The position numbers and the translations under genes are program-made. Shown piece by piece: positions 43,044-53,376 of a stretch of 64,000 nucleotides of DNA (positions are counted from its first letter, which is position 1; each line of letters begins with the position of its first letter). Below the pieces are notes generated by a model. That model did no database searches. It was not told the origin of the DNA and saw nothing but the letters and a program-made list of their open reading frames with translations. The stretch spans positions 672,001 through 736,000 of the forward strand of contig CAWFKH010000003.1 in NCBI GenBank assembly GCA_963816355.1. Direction: 5' to 3'. This DNA is from an uncultured Gemmatimonadales bacterium. Lineage in GTDB: Bacteria; Gemmatimonadota; Gemmatimonadetes; Longimicrobiales; RSA9.

Positions 43044-44312
43044 ATGACCGCCCAGATCCGTTGTGCGTTCCGGCGCATCCGCCGCGACGAGCGCGGCTCC
43101 GCCATCGTGCTCGTCGCGGTGGCGGGCTTCGCCCTCGTCGCGATCGCGGCGCTCGCCATCGACATCGGCATGCTCTTCAACTCGCGCAGCGAGGCGCAGC
43201 GCACCGCCGACGCGGCCGCGCTCGCCGGCGCCAGCGCCTACATGCCGAACGCCAACGGCACGCCGGTCACGGACACGATCGCCACGGCGAAGTTCCGCGC
43301 GAAGAAGCTGGCGGCGGACAACATGATCCGCACGACGCCGGTCGACACGACGCTGGTCGCGTCGAGCGCGCTCGTCGACAGCACGCAGGAGGCGCTGATC
43401 GAGGTGATCCCGGACAGTCAGAAGGTCCGCGTCACCGTCCATCGCTCCGCCATCGGGCTCTGGTTCGCCCGCGTCTTCGGCGTCAACACGTGGGGTGTGA
43501 GCGCCGTCGCCGAGGCGCGCGTCATCGAAGCGGGCGTCGCCAAGTGCATGAAGCCGTTCGTCGTGCCGGACATGTGGGCGGAGGGCACCACCGACACGGA
43601 CGCCAACCGGGTCCAGAACGGCAGCGAACAGTGGACGTTCGACCCGACTCAGGACTACTACCAGCCCTACAACGTCGACACCGTCCGCATCGGCACGAAT
43701 ACGCCGGCCGGCTACGTGTTCCCGGACCCCAACGACGGCACCGGCTACGGCAGCAACTGGCGCGATGGCACGGGGACGACCGGCGACGTGGGCCGGCAGA
43801 TCGACTTCAAGTACCAGAACCCGAACGACAAGAACTTCGTGCTCACGCCCGGCGTCTTCATGCCGTGGGACCTGCCGGACGCGGATGGCAACTCCGTTCC
43901 CGGCGGCAACTGGTACCGGCAGAACATCTCCACGTGCAACACGAACCCGGTCAGCCTCGGTAAACCGTACCCGATCGAGACCGGCAACATGGTGGGCCCG
44001 ACGTTCCAGGGCGTCAGCGACCTGATCGATCAGGATCCGGGCGCCACCTGGGACCCGCAGGGAGACACCGTGATGGGTTCCAGCTTCCCGTGGAAGGACA
44101 GCCCGCGCGTCGTCAAGATGGCGCTCGCGCCGCCGGACCAGCTCGGCCAGCCGGGGAAGCAGGACGTCACCTTCAACAACTTCGCGCTCTTCTTCATCGA
44201 GGCGATGGACAACCGGCACAACACCGTCACCGGCCGCTACATCGGTCCGGTCGCCGGCGATGAGGGAACCACCGGCGGCTCCCTCGTCTACAGCCTTCGT
44301 CTGATCAAGTAA
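43044..44312 (+). CDS. tadG: TadG-like pilus tip protein
   Basis: DERGS prepilin-like N-terminus, AIDIG and AQRTADAAALAGA. Confidence 0.8.
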   Translation: MTAQIRCAFRRIRRDERGSAIVLVAVAGFALVAIAALAIDIGMLFNSRSEAQRTADAAALAGASAYMPNANGTPVTDTIATAKFRAKKLAADNMIRTTPVDTTLVASSALVDSTQEALIEVIPDSQKVRVTVHRSAIGLWFARVFGVNTWGVSAVAEARVIEAGVAKCMKPFVVPDMWAEGTTDTDANRVQNGSEQWTFDPTQDYYQPYNVDTVRIGTNTPAGYVFPDPNDGTGYGSNWRDGTGTTGDVGRQIDFKYQNPNDKNFVLTPGVFMPWDLPDADGNSVPGGNWYRQNISTCNTNPVSLGKPYPIETGNMVGPTFQGVSDLIDQDPGATWDPQGDTVMGSSFPWKDSPRVVKMALAPPDQLGQPGKQDVTFNNFALFFIEAMDNRHNTVTGRYIGPVAGDEGTTGGSLVYSLRLIK

Positions 44313-44324
44313 CGGGATCGGCTC

Positions 44325-45602
44325 ATGGACGCCAACTTCACGCGCACCGCACTCGTCACCGCCGACTCGGCGTTCCGCGACTTCGTCAAGTCGACGCTGC
44401 AGTCGGTCCAGGGCGGCCCGGCGATCGGACTCGAGATCATCGCTCCCTTCGAGGAGATCGGGAAGGAGCAGATCGAGAAGCTTCGCGAGTTCTCGCCGGA
44501 CCTCGTCTTCCTGGACCTGGGCGCCGACCCCGTCGTGGGGATCCGCTTCGCGCAGTTCATGAGCGAGGCGGACCCGACCACGCGCCTGATCGCGGCCGGC
44601 CCCGAGCTGTCGCCGGAGCTGCTGCTCGAGGCGATGCGCGCCGGGATCTCCGAGTATCTCGCGCGGCCGGTGTCCGAGGAAGACCTGGCGCAGGCGCTGC
44701 TGCGCATCCGGCGCAAGCTGCGGCGGCCGGGTGCGGGCCAGGAGGAGGCGGAGCCGGGCAAGCTGTTCGTCTTCTTCGCGGCGAAGGGCGGCGTCGGCAC
44801 CACGACGGCGGCGACGAACCTGGCGGTGCAACTGCACAAGCTGACGGGCAAGAAGACGCTGCTGATCGACCTCGACCTGGAGCTGGGCGAGACCGCGCTG
44901 CTGCTGGGCGTGCGGCCGCGCTTCAACTTCATCGACATGGTGAAGAACTTCCACCGCATGGACGCCGAGCTGCTCGCCTCCTACATCGAGCGGCACGACT
45001 CCGGCGTCCACCTGCTCTCCTCCCCCGTGCGCCCCGAGCGCATCGAGGAGGTGACCGCGGACGAGGTGCACGCCGTGCTGCGCTTCCTCAAGCAGCACTA
45101 CGACTACATCGTCGTCGACACGTCGAAGACGTTCTCGCAGCACTCGGCCGCCGCGTTCGAGGAAGCGGACCTGATCTTCCTCCTCACCACGCCGGACCTG
45201 CCATCGCTGCGCAACGCGAAGCGCTCGATCCCGATCCTCGAGCGCGTCACCGGCAAGGGCGCCGGCCGCTTGCGGCTCATCGTGAACCGCGCCCACGCCC
45301 GCACCGTGATCACGCTCGACGACATCAAGCGGACGCTGGAGCTGGAGATCTTCTTCACCCTCGCCAACGACTACGGCGCGATCAGCTCCTCCGTGAACGC
45401 GGGCAAGCCGGTGGTGCTCAACGGCTCCGGCTCCCCGTACGTCAAGGACGTCAAGGCGCTCGCCGCCGAGCTCGCGGGCCTCGGCGGCCCGCAGCAGACC
45501 GGGCGCCTCGCGCTCGCGCCCTTCAGCGGGCTGTTCCGCCGCCTGAGGGGCCGCGACGAGAAGGAAGCCGAGCAGCCGGAAGAGGTGACGCAGAATGAGT
45601 AA
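44325..45602 (+). CDS. cpaE: CpaE/TadZ (REC-like domain plus MinD-like ATPase)
   Basis: [18 protein letters not shown] and LIDLDL motifs. Confidence 0.9.
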   Translation: MDANFTRTALVTADSAFRDFVKSTLQSVQGGPAIGLEIIAPFEEIGKEQIEKLREFSPDLVFLDLGADPVVGIRFAQFMSEADPTTRLIAAGPELSPELLLEAMRAGISEYLARPVSEEDLAQALLRIRRKLRRPGAGQEEAEPGKLFVFFAAKGGVGTTTAATNLAVQLHKLTGKKTLLIDLDLELGETALLLGVRPRFNFIDMVKNFHRMDAELLASYIERHDSGVHLLSSPVRPERIEEVTADEVHAVLRFLKQHYDYIVVDTSKTFSQHSAAAFEEADLIFLLTTPDLPSLRNAKRSIPILERVTGKGAGRLRLIVNRAHARTVITLDDIKRTLELEIFFTLANDYGAISSSVNAGKPVVLNGSGSPYVKDVKALAAELAGLGGPQQTGRLALAPFSGLFRRLRGRDEKEAEQPEEVTQNE

Positions 45603-47031
45603 GCGCATGCCGCCCGGGGGCGCCCAGGACCCGACCGCTCCCGCGAACGGATCCAACTTCGCGTGGGAGCAGACGGCCGACGCGCCGGCGATGAAGGAGG
45701 AGCTGAAGGGCCGCATCCACCGCCGGCTCCTGGAGCGGCTCAACCTCGCCAACCTCGAGAACCTCGCCCGCGAGGAGGCGGCGGTCGCCATCCGCCGCGT
45801 CGTCCACGAGCTGCTCGAAGCCGAGGGCGCGCCCCTCAACTTCGAGGAGCGCGAGGAGGTGGTCGACCAGGTCCTCGACGAGATCTTCGGCCTCGGACCG
45901 CTCGAGCCGCTGATGAAGGAAGCGGAGATCTCGGACGTCCTGGTCAACACCTACAACAACGTCTACATCGAGCGCTTCGGCAAGCTCGAGAAGACGAACG
46001 TCCGCTTCCGCGACGACCGCCACCTGCTGCAGGTGATCGACCGCATCGTCTCCGCCGTGGGCCGCCGCATCGACGACTCCTCGCCGATGGTCGACGCGCG
46101 CCTGCCGGACGGCTCGCGCGTCAACGCGATCATTCCGCCGCTGGCGCTCGACGGGCCGCACCTCTCGATCCGTAAGTTCAAGCGCGACACGCTCTCCGGC
46201 GAGGACCTGCTGCGCTACGGCTCGTGCACGGAGCAGATGCTCGAGCTGATGAAGGGGATCGTCCAGGCGCGCCTCAACGTCCTCATCTCCGGCGGCACCG
46301 GCTCCGGTAAGACGACGCTGCTCAACATCCTCTCCAGCTTCATTCCGGCCCGCGAGCGCATCGTCACCATCGAGGACGCCGCCGAGCTGCAGCTGCGCCA
46401 GCCGCACGTCGTCCGCCTCGAGACGCGCCCGGCCAACATCGAGGGCAAGGGCGCGGTGCCGCAGCGCAATCTGCTGATCAACGCGCTGCGCATGCGGCCC
46501 GACCGCATCATCCTCGGCGAGGTCCGCGGCGCCGAGGCGGTCGACATGCTGCAGGCGATGAACACCGGCCACGACGGCTCGCTCGCCACGCTGCACGCGA
46601 ACACGCCGCGCGACGCGCTCAGCCGTCTCGAGACGATGATCTCGATGGCGGAGTTGAACCTGCCGGAGAAGGCGATGCGGCAGCAGATCGCGAGCGCCGT
46701 GCACGTCATCGTCCAGGGCGCCCGCCTCTCCGACGGCACCCGCAAGCTGATGACGATCGCCGAGATCGTGGGCATGGAGGGCGACGTCATCACGATGCAG
46801 GACATCTTCGTCTACGAACGCGAGGGGCTCGACGAGAACGGCAACATCATCGGACGCTTCCGCGCCACCGGCATCCGGCCGAAGTTCGCCGACAAGCTGA
46901 AGGCGCAGGGGATCCAGCTCTCGACGATGCTCTTTTCGGAGCCGGAGCCGGGCGCCGTCGGCGTCGAGCGCGGCTCGGAGCGCGGCGAGCGCGGTGAGTC
47001 CGTCGTCACGCGCACGGAGCGGAGGTGGTAG
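45595..47031 (+). CDS. cpaF: Tad secretion ATPase CpaF/TadA
   Basis: [32 protein letters not shown] and MNTGH. Confidence 0.96.
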   Translation: MSKRMPPGGAQDPTAPANGSNFAWEQTADAPAMKEELKGRIHRRLLERLNLANLENLAREEAAVAIRRVVHELLEAEGAPLNFEEREEVVDQVLDEIFGLGPLEPLMKEAEISDVLVNTYNNVYIERFGKLEKTNVRFRDDRHLLQVIDRIVSAVGRRIDDSSPMVDARLPDGSRVNAIIPPLALDGPHLSIRKFKRDTLSGEDLLRYGSCTEQMLELMKGIVQARLNVLISGGTGSGKTTLLNILSSFIPARERIVTIEDAAELQLRQPHVVRLETRPANIEGKGAVPQRNLLINALRMRPDRIILGEVRGAEAVDMLQAMNTGHDGSLATLHANTPRDALSRLETMISMAELNLPEKAMRQQIASAVHVIVQGARLSDGTRKLMTIAEIVGMEGDVITMQDIFVYEREGLDENGNIIGRFRATGIRPKFADKLKAQGIQLSTMLFSEPEPGAVGVERGSERGERGESVVTRTERRW

Positions 47032-47033
47032 CG

Positions 47034-48014
47034 ATGGGTACGCTCCTTCCCGCCCTCTTCGTCTTCGTCACCATCGCCCTCGTCACCGTCTCTCTGGCGG
47101 TGGGCTGGGAGATGCTGCGCGAGTCGCAGCAGCGGCGGCGTGCGGTCAAGCAGTTGGAGAACATCGAGCAGGACGTCTTCGGCCAGGAGGCCACCGCGGA
47201 GACGGACCTGATCCGGCGCGCGCGCTCCGGACAGCTCGGCTGGATCGAGGCGACCGCGCTGCAGATGCCGCGCTTCCGCGAGCTCGCCGTCCTGATGGAG
47301 CGTGGCGACGTCACCTTCAGCGTGCAGACCTTCATCCTGCTTACGGTCGGGATGGCGCTCGCGGGTGGCCTCACGCTGTTGCTCGCGACCGGAAGCTTCA
47401 TCGTCGCCGTCATCGCCGCCGCGGGCGCGGCCGCGCTGCCGTACGGGTACGTGAAGTTCAAGAAGTGGCGTCGCACGAACCGCTTCGAGACGCTCTTCCC
47501 GGAGGCGATCGACCTCATGGGCCGGGCGATCCGCGCCGGTCACCCGCTTTCCTCGGGCATCCGCATGGTCGCCGAGGAGATGCCGGACCCGGTGGGCGGC
47601 GAGTTCCGCCGCGTCTTCGAGGAGCAGCGCTTCGGCCTGCCGTTCCCCGACGCGCTGCTCTCCCTCGCGGATCGCAACGACCTCGTCGACGTCCGCATCT
47701 TCGTCACCGCGGTGCTGATCCAGCGCGAGGTGGGCGGCAACCTGGCCGAGATCCTGGACAAGCTGTCGCGGATGATCCGCATGCGCTTCGCGATCCGGCG
47801 CCAGCTGCGCACCTACACCGCGCAGGGCCGCATGAGCGGCTACGTCCTCGCGGGCATCCCGTTCTTCGTCGCCTTTGCGATCTACACCCTGAACCCGCAG
47901 TACATGCGCCTCCTCTTCACGGAGCCCGCGGGTCGTTTCATGATCCTCGGCGGCGTGATCCTGCAGTTCATCGGATTCCTCTGGATCCGCAAGATCGTCA
48001 ACATCGAGATCTAG
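47034..48014 (+). CDS. tadB: Tad inner-membrane platform protein TadB
   Basis: RAGH, QREVGGNLAE and TAQGRMS motifs. Confidence 0.92.
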   Translation: MGTLLPALFVFVTIALVTVSLAVGWEMLRESQQRRRAVKQLENIEQDVFGQEATAETDLIRRARSGQLGWIEATALQMPRFRELAVLMERGDVTFSVQTFILLTVGMALAGGLTLLLATGSFIVAVIAAAGAAALPYGYVKFKKWRRTNRFETLFPEAIDLMGRAIRAGHPLSSGIRMVAEEMPDPVGGEFRRVFEEQRFGLPFPDALLSLADRNDLVDVRIFVTAVLIQREVGGNLAEILDKLSRMIRMRFAIRRQLRTYTAQGRMSGYVLAGIPFFVAFAIYTLNPQYMRLLFTEPAGRFMILGGVILQFIGFLWIRKIVNIEI

Positions 48015-48024
48015 GGGGAACGTC

Positions 48025-48963
48025 TTGATCTACCTCATCGTCGCACTCGCAGCCACCTCGATCGCGCTCATCGTCGGCCTCGCCATCCAGGCCGTGCCCG
48101 CGCGCTCCGGAGCGGTCAGCCGCCGCCTCGAGGAAGTGCGCCGGATCGCCAGCCCGAGCCCCGCCATCGAGGCGACCCGCAAGGAGCGTCGCCGCGAGCG
48201 CGGCCGGCGCATCCAGGGTCTGCTCTCCGTCGTCGGCACCGTCATCGAGGGCCGCCAGCGCTCCTCCGCCGCGACGCGCGAGCTGCTCGCGCACGCCGGC
48301 TTCCGCCAGCCCGGCGCGGTCGGCGTCTACCTCGGCGCGCGCGCGCTGCTTCCGCCCGCGCTCGGCACGCTGCTCTTCGCGATCCTGCTCGTCGCCTCGC
48401 ACGAGCCGCGCGTCGCCATCCTCGGCGCCGCGGGCGGCGCGATCTTCGGCTGGATCCTGCCGGTCTTCTACGTGGGCAAGCGCAAGAAGAAGCGCGTCAA
48501 GGAGCTGCAGCTCGCGCTGCCGGATGCGCTCGACCTCCTCGTCGTCTGCGTCGAGGCCGGCCTCGGCCTGAACCAGGCGCTGCTCCGCGTCTCCGACGAG
48601 ATCCGCCACGTGAGCACGCTGATGAGCGACGAGCTCGCGCTCGTGAACCTCGAGATCCGCGCCGGCGCTGCGCGCGAGGAGGCGCTGCGCAACCTGGGCG
48701 AGCGGAGCGGCGTCGAGGACATCCGCTCCCTCACCACGATCCTGATCCAGACGGACCGCTTCGGCACCTCGGTCGCCACGGCCCTCCGCGTCCAGTCGGA
48801 CACGCTGCGGGAGAAGCGCAAGCAGCGCGCGGAGGAGGCGGCGGCCAAGACGACGATCAAGATGGTGGTGCCGCTGGTGTTCTGCATCTTCCCGGCCCTC
48901 TTCATCGTGATTCTGGGGCCGGGTGCGATCCAGATCTACAAGACCTTCACCACGCAGCTCTGA
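48025..48963 (+). CDS. tadC: Tad inner-membrane platform protein TadC
   Basis: LPDALDLLVVCVEAGLG, QTDRFGTS and AEEAAAK motifs. Confidence 0.93.
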   Translation: MIYLIVALAATSIALIVGLAIQAVPARSGAVSRRLEEVRRIASPSPAIEATRKERRRERGRRIQGLLSVVGTVIEGRQRSSAATRELLAHAGFRQPGAVGVYLGARALLPPALGTLLFAILLVASHEPRVAILGAAGGAIFGWILPVFYVGKRKKKRVKELQLALPDALDLLVVCVEAGLGLNQALLRVSDEIRHVSTLMSDELALVNLEIRAGAAREEALRNLGERSGVEDIRSLTTILIQTDRFGTSVATALRVQSDTLREKRKQRAEEAAAKTTIKMVVPLVFCIFPALFIVILGPGAIQIYKTFTTQL

Positions 48964-49439
48964 TGGCGCGCTTCGTCCGGGTGATGAACACGACCCGGAA
49001 CGCCGTGCTCGGCGGCAGGATCCGCATCGCCGACGATTTCCGCTCGCGGACGCTCGGCCTGCTCGGAAGCACGCCGCCGCTGCCGGGCGAAGGATTGCTG
49101 CTGATCCCCTGCCGGGGGATCCACATGATCGGCCTGCGCTTTCCGCTCGACGTCGTATTCCTCGACGCTCGCGGCGTCGTGCGCGCGGCCTTCCACGACC
49201 TCCAGCCCGGGCTGCGCCTGCGCTGGAACCGCCACGCCGCTTCGACGCTCGAGCTGCCGGCGGGTACGCTGCGCGCCTCCGGCACGCGCCGCGGCGATGT
49301 CATCGCGTGGCTCCCCGGCGAAGGCGCCGGGCAGGGCTCCAGGCCGGAGCGGATACGAAACGATGAGGCGAAGCGACAGGATTCTCCCCCTGTATCGCAG
49401 TCGCACGACGTGGCTTCGAAACGGGAGGTGATCGGATGA
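48963..49439 (+). CDS. DUF192 family protein
   Basis: RTLGLL, IHMIGLRFPLDVVFLD and LELPAG motifs. Confidence 0.85.
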   Translation: MARFVRVMNTTRNAVLGGRIRIADDFRSRTLGLLGSTPPLPGEGLLLIPCRGIHMIGLRFPLDVVFLDARGVVRAAFHDLQPGLRLRWNRHAASTLELPAGTLRASGTRRGDVIAWLPGEGAGQGSRPERIRNDEAKRQDSPPVSQSHDVASKREVIG

Positions 49440-50884
49440 GTGCGATGGCTGCCCAGGCTTTGCTGGACGAGACCGAGACGATGGAGCGACCTTCGTCGCC
49501 GCCGATCCCCGAGTCGATCAAGGACACGGGACTCTCGCGCGAGATGATCAGCGATCTGCTGCTCAAGATCCTCTACGTGCAGGGCGCTCGTACCGGCAAT
49601 CAGCTCACGGAGACGATCTGCCTGCCGTTCGGCATCGTCGACGACATCCTGCTCGAGCTGCAGCAGCGCCGCTTCATCGAGGTGCGCGGCACGCACGGCC
49701 ACGGCCGCGAGGGCTACATGTACGACATCGGCGGCGACGGCCGCCGGCGCGCCAAGGAAGCGCTCGAGCAGAACCAGTACGCCGGCGCCGCTCCCGTCCC
49801 GCTCAGCCAGTATCGGGAATGGGTGCTCAATCAGACGATCGCGGGCCTGACCATCACGCGGAACCGCATCCGCGGCGGCTTCCCGGACCTCGTCCTCGAC
49901 GAGCACATGTTCGAGATGCTCGGGCCCGCCGTGAACTCCGCCAAGTCGCTCTTCCTCTACGGCGAGCCGGGCAACGGCAAGACGCACATCGCGGAGACGA
50001 TCGCGCGCCTCATGGGCGAGGGCGGCGTCTACATCCCGCACGCGGTCGAGATCGAGGGCCAGATCATGATCTTCTACGATCCGGTCCACCACCGCCGCAT
50101 CGACCTCGACGAGGAAGCCGAGGAGACGGACGAGGGCGGCCGCGCTTCCGTCGAGTCCATGCTCTTCCGCAAGCGCAGCCCGACCGACCGCCGCTACGTC
50201 CGCGTCACGAGGCCGGTCGTCGTCACGGGCGGCGAGCTCACGCTCGACCAGCTCGACATGCAGTTCGACCACCAGACCAAGCTCTACCAGGCACCCTTCC
50301 AGGTGAAGGCCAACGGCGGCGTGCTCATCATCGACGACTTCGGCCGCCAGCGCGTGCCGCCCCACGAGCTGCTCAACCGGTGGATCGTGCCGCTCGAGAA
50401 GCGCAAGGACTTCCTGACGCTGCACACCGGCGTCAAGTTCCCCGTGCCGTTCGACTGCCTGCTCATCTTCGCCACCAACCTCGATCCGTCCGACCTCGTC
50501 GACGAGGCGTTCATGCGACGGATCCACTACAAGGTCCGCGTCCACAACCCCGTGCGCGAGCAGTACGAGGAGATCTTCCGCCGCGCCTGCGACTCCAAGG
50601 GCATCAAGTTCGATCCCCGCGCCGTCGAGTACATCTACCGCAAGTACTACAACGGCCTCGGCATCGAGCCGCGCGGCTGCCATCCCCGCGACCTGACCGA
50701 CCATCTCTGCGACTTCGCGCGCTACCACGAGCGCGAGCCCGGCCTCTCGCCGGACCTCATCGACCACGCCGCCGAGTCGTACTTCCTCGTCATGGCCGCC
50801 GACAAGATGCGCGGCCCGACGATGGCACGCCCCGCCCAGCACACGCTCGGCTCCAAGTCCGACGCGGAGAGCGCCGACGCATGA
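49436..50884 (+). CDS. Uncharacterised AAA+ ATPase
   Basis: GEPGNGKT Walker A, LIIDDFG Walker B, FATNL and AFMRRI. Confidence 0.85.
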   Translation: MSAMAAQALLDETETMERPSSPPIPESIKDTGLSREMISDLLLKILYVQGARTGNQLTETICLPFGIVDDILLELQQRRFIEVRGTHGHGREGYMYDIGGDGRRRAKEALEQNQYAGAAPVPLSQYREWVLNQTIAGLTITRNRIRGGFPDLVLDEHMFEMLGPAVNSAKSLFLYGEPGNGKTHIAETIARLMGEGGVYIPHAVEIEGQIMIFYDPVHHRRIDLDEEAEETDEGGRASVESMLFRKRSPTDRRYVRVTRPVVVTGGELTLDQLDMQFDHQTKLYQAPFQVKANGGVLIIDDFGRQRVPPHELLNRWIVPLEKRKDFLTLHTGVKFPVPFDCLLIFATNLDPSDLVDEAFMRRIHYKVRVHNPVREQYEEIFRRACDSKGIKFDPRAVEYIYRKYYNGLGIEPRGCHPRDLTDHLCDFARYHEREPGLSPDLIDHAAESYFLVMAADKMRGPTMARPAQHTLGSKSDAESADA

Positions 50885-51567
50885 GCGAGCAAGACTGGAA
50901 CCCCGCCGACTACCGGCCTTCCCCAGAGACCCCCGCCGGGCGCAAGACCGTCGAAGAGCTCGCGCGCGAGTTCGAGGACGTCGTCGTCCAGCGGCTCAGC
51001 CGCGTCGAGGCCAGCAACCGCCGCCTGCGCGCCACCGTGCTCGGCTTCGTCGTGCTCAACCTGCTCCTCGCCCTCGGCGGCGCCGCCATCATCTACACGA
51101 TGACCCGCGGCGGCCGCCCCGCGTGGGCCGCCCACACCGTCACCGCGCGCCGCTTCGCCCTCGCCGACGCCGCCGGCAACGTGCGCGGCTACTGGGGCGT
51201 CGATCAGGACGGCGCCAACCGATTCGTCCTCTCCGATTCCGCCGGCCACGAGCGCATGAGCTTCTCCGTCCTCTCCGACGGCGGCTCCCCCGGTCTCTCG
51301 CTCAGCGACGAGAGCGGGACCGCGCGCGTCGCCCTCGCCTACCTCCCCGACGAGACCAGCACCCTCGTCTTCGCCGACCGCGCCGGCGTCGCCCGCGCCG
51401 TCTTCGGCGTCTCCGCACAGTCCGCCACCGTCCTGTTCGCCGACCGCCAGGGCAATACCAAGGCGGGCCTCGGCGTCGACCAGCTCGGCCAGCCGAATCT
51501 CGTGCTCTCCGAGGAGGACGCTGGGACGCCGGTGGATACGGTCGCGGCGGATACGACGGGGGGGTGA
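50881..51567 (+). CDS. Single-pass membrane protein with about 22-aa beta repeats
   Basis: ATGA coupling to the ATPase; one TM helix; five hxhxDxxGxxR-like units. Confidence 0.7.
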   Translation: MSEQDWNPADYRPSPETPAGRKTVEELAREFEDVVVQRLSRVEASNRRLRATVLGFVVLNLLLALGGAAIIYTMTRGGRPAWAAHTVTARRFALADAAGNVRGYWGVDQDGANRFVLSDSAGHERMSFSVLSDGGSPGLSLSDESGTARVALAYLPDETSTLVFADRAGVARAVFGVSAQSATVLFADRQGNTKAGLGVDQLGQPNLVLSEEDAGTPVDTVAADTTGG

Positions 51568-51636
51568 GGGGGGGACTGCGGACGGCGGGATTCAACTGCG
51601 GGATTCAACTGCGGGATGGGCTGCGGGATCGGCACG

Positions 51637-51757
51637 CGTTACGGCACGCCCGTAACATTTTATTGCGCCGGGCGAGTCGTTGCGGGGTCGCATCATATCG
51701 AAGTGACGTAATTCCAACAACTTAGCGATTTGACCCGGCGTGGCATGGGAATTGTCC
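51637..51757 (+). promoter_or_regulatory. Sigma54-type promoter of the EPS-like operon
   Basis: GTAACATTTTATTGC (51652), CAAcaacTTA (51715) and TGGCATG-ggaa-TTGTCC (51741). Confidence 0.7.
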
Positions 51758-51814
51758 TACACCGGGTGTCGTATGCATTCCTCCCATTCCAACAGATCAA
51801 GCGCGGGTGAGCCA

Positions 51815-53374
51815 ATGGGGGTCGAGACCGCGGAGAGCCGGGATACCGTGATTTCGACGGGTGTCGAGGCCTTCGACCATCGCATCGGGGGTTTGACGGA
51901 GGGCCGCTACTACGTGTTGAGCGGCTCGCCGGGCTCGGGCAAGACATCGTCGGCGCTGCATTTCCTGGGAGCGGGGCTGGAGGCGGGGGAGACGGTGGCG
52001 ATCCTGACGCAGGAGGATCCATCGGATCTGATCGCGCAGGGGGTCTACCTGGGGTACGACTTCCAGCCGGCGGCGGAGACGGATCATCTGCTGCTGTTCC
52101 GTTACCGCCTGGACTTCCAGCGGCACTATTCGCGGGTGGCGGAGCCGGAGTACGTCTTCGAGGAGTTGAAGGCGATGCTGTGGGAGCGGGTGCCGTCGCG
52201 CTTCGCGATCGACTCGATCCTGCCGCTGCTGGAGGGGGGTCTCGCGGCCGAGGAGGCGATCGACGCGTTCGCGCGCTTCCTCGAGGAGATCCCGTGCACG
52301 ACGTACCTGACGGTGCCGGGGGACCTGAGCGAGAGCTATTACCGCCGCATGTACACGCAGATCACGTCGGGTGCGGCGGGGATCTTCCATTTCGAGAATC
52401 TGGCGGGCGGCGTGCGGCAGATGACGGTGCGCAAGCTGCGCCAGTCGGTGTCGTCGCAGGAGCCGATCCGGTTCGTGATCCGCCCCGGAGCGGGCGTCGT
52501 GGAGGACCTGGCGCTGCGCTCGCACGACGAGCTTTCGGAGGAGCAGCGTCGGCGCGTCGTGCTGCTGACGATGGGCGGCCGTTTCCCGGCGGAGTGGGCG
52601 GACGCGCTGGGCAGCTACGACGTGAGCCTGTACAAGGGGATGGAGGAGGCGTTCGGCGATCTGGCGTCGGCGGAGTACGGCGCGCTGCTGATCGCGATGA
52701 ACCCGCTCGAGCCGGAGCCCGTCCTGCACCTGACGCGGGAGCTGCGCAAGGCGGGCAACGGCGCGCCGATCCTCTTCGTCTCGCCGGTACGCGGGCTGCG
52801 GGCGCACACGCGGGCGCAGGGGTTGCGCGCGGGTGGCGACGATTTCCTGACGGACGCGCTGACGCCGACGGAGCTGCTGGCGCGCATCGACAACGCGCGC
52901 GAGCGCGGTCATCGCCGTCTGTCGCCGGGTACGGTGGCGGCGGCGGCGCCGTTCTCGCAGCCGATCGACGACGACGACCGCTACCTGCTGATGCCGGCGG
53001 ACCTCTTCCGGCAGGTGCTGCGCGAGCACACCGAGCAGGACGCGGCGCAGGCGTTCTTCGCGCTGGTCCTGCTCGGCGCGGGGGAGCAGGACGCGACGGA
53101 GGCGTGGTCGGTGCTTCAGCAGCGGCTGCGCATCAAGGACGGGGACCTGGTGGCGCAGCTCGAGGACGGTCAGCTCGCCGTCTACCTGCACGACATCCAC
53201 CGCAAGCAGGTGAAGGACCTGCTCACGCGACTCGTGGAAGCGCACCCCGGTCTGGCGGACCTCGGCTCGACCGTCGTGCTCTCCTATCCGGCGGACCGTG
53301 ACGCCGTCGGCGCGTGGCTGAGCGGCAGGGGAGCGGTGCCCGTCGAGATCGGCGTCGGGACGCCGGTGGCCTGA
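51815..53374 (+). CDS. KaiC/RecA-like ATPase fused to pseudo-receiver and degenerate GGDEF-like domains (BcsE-like architecture)
   Basis: ISTGV...GGL, GSPGSGKTS, FAIDSI and VRKLR; REC-like GLRAGGDDFL lacking the Asp and Lys; LRIKDGDLVAQLEDGQL. Confidence 0.7.
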   Translation: MGVETAESRDTVISTGVEAFDHRIGGLTEGRYYVLSGSPGSGKTSSALHFLGAGLEAGETVAILTQEDPSDLIAQGVYLGYDFQPAAETDHLLLFRYRLDFQRHYSRVAEPEYVFEELKAMLWERVPSRFAIDSILPLLEGGLAAEEAIDAFARFLEEIPCTTYLTVPGDLSESYYRRMYTQITSGAAGIFHFENLAGGVRQMTVRKLRQSVSSQEPIRFVIRPGAGVVEDLALRSHDELSEEQRRRVVLLTMGGRFPAEWADALGSYDVSLYKGMEEAFGDLASAEYGALLIAMNPLEPEPVLHLTRELRKAGNGAPILFVSPVRGLRAHTRAQGLRAGGDDFLTDALTPTELLARIDNARERGHRRLSPGTVAAAAPFSQPIDDDDRYLLMPADLFRQVLREHTEQDAAQAFFALVLLGAGEQDATEAWSVLQQRLRIKDGDLVAQLEDGQLAVYLHDIHRKQVKDLLTRLVEAHPGLADLGSTVVLSYPADRDAVGAWLSGRGAVPVEIGVGTPVA

Positions 53375-53376
53375 AC

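Noticed and set aside
44770..44810. Inactivated Walker A (KGGVGTTT) in CpaE
   Set aside because: A deviant Walker A is normal for CpaE/TadZ.
51815..53374. Circadian KaiC clock
   Set aside because: It has a single ATPase domain fused to signalling domains, and there is no kaiA or kaiB in the window.
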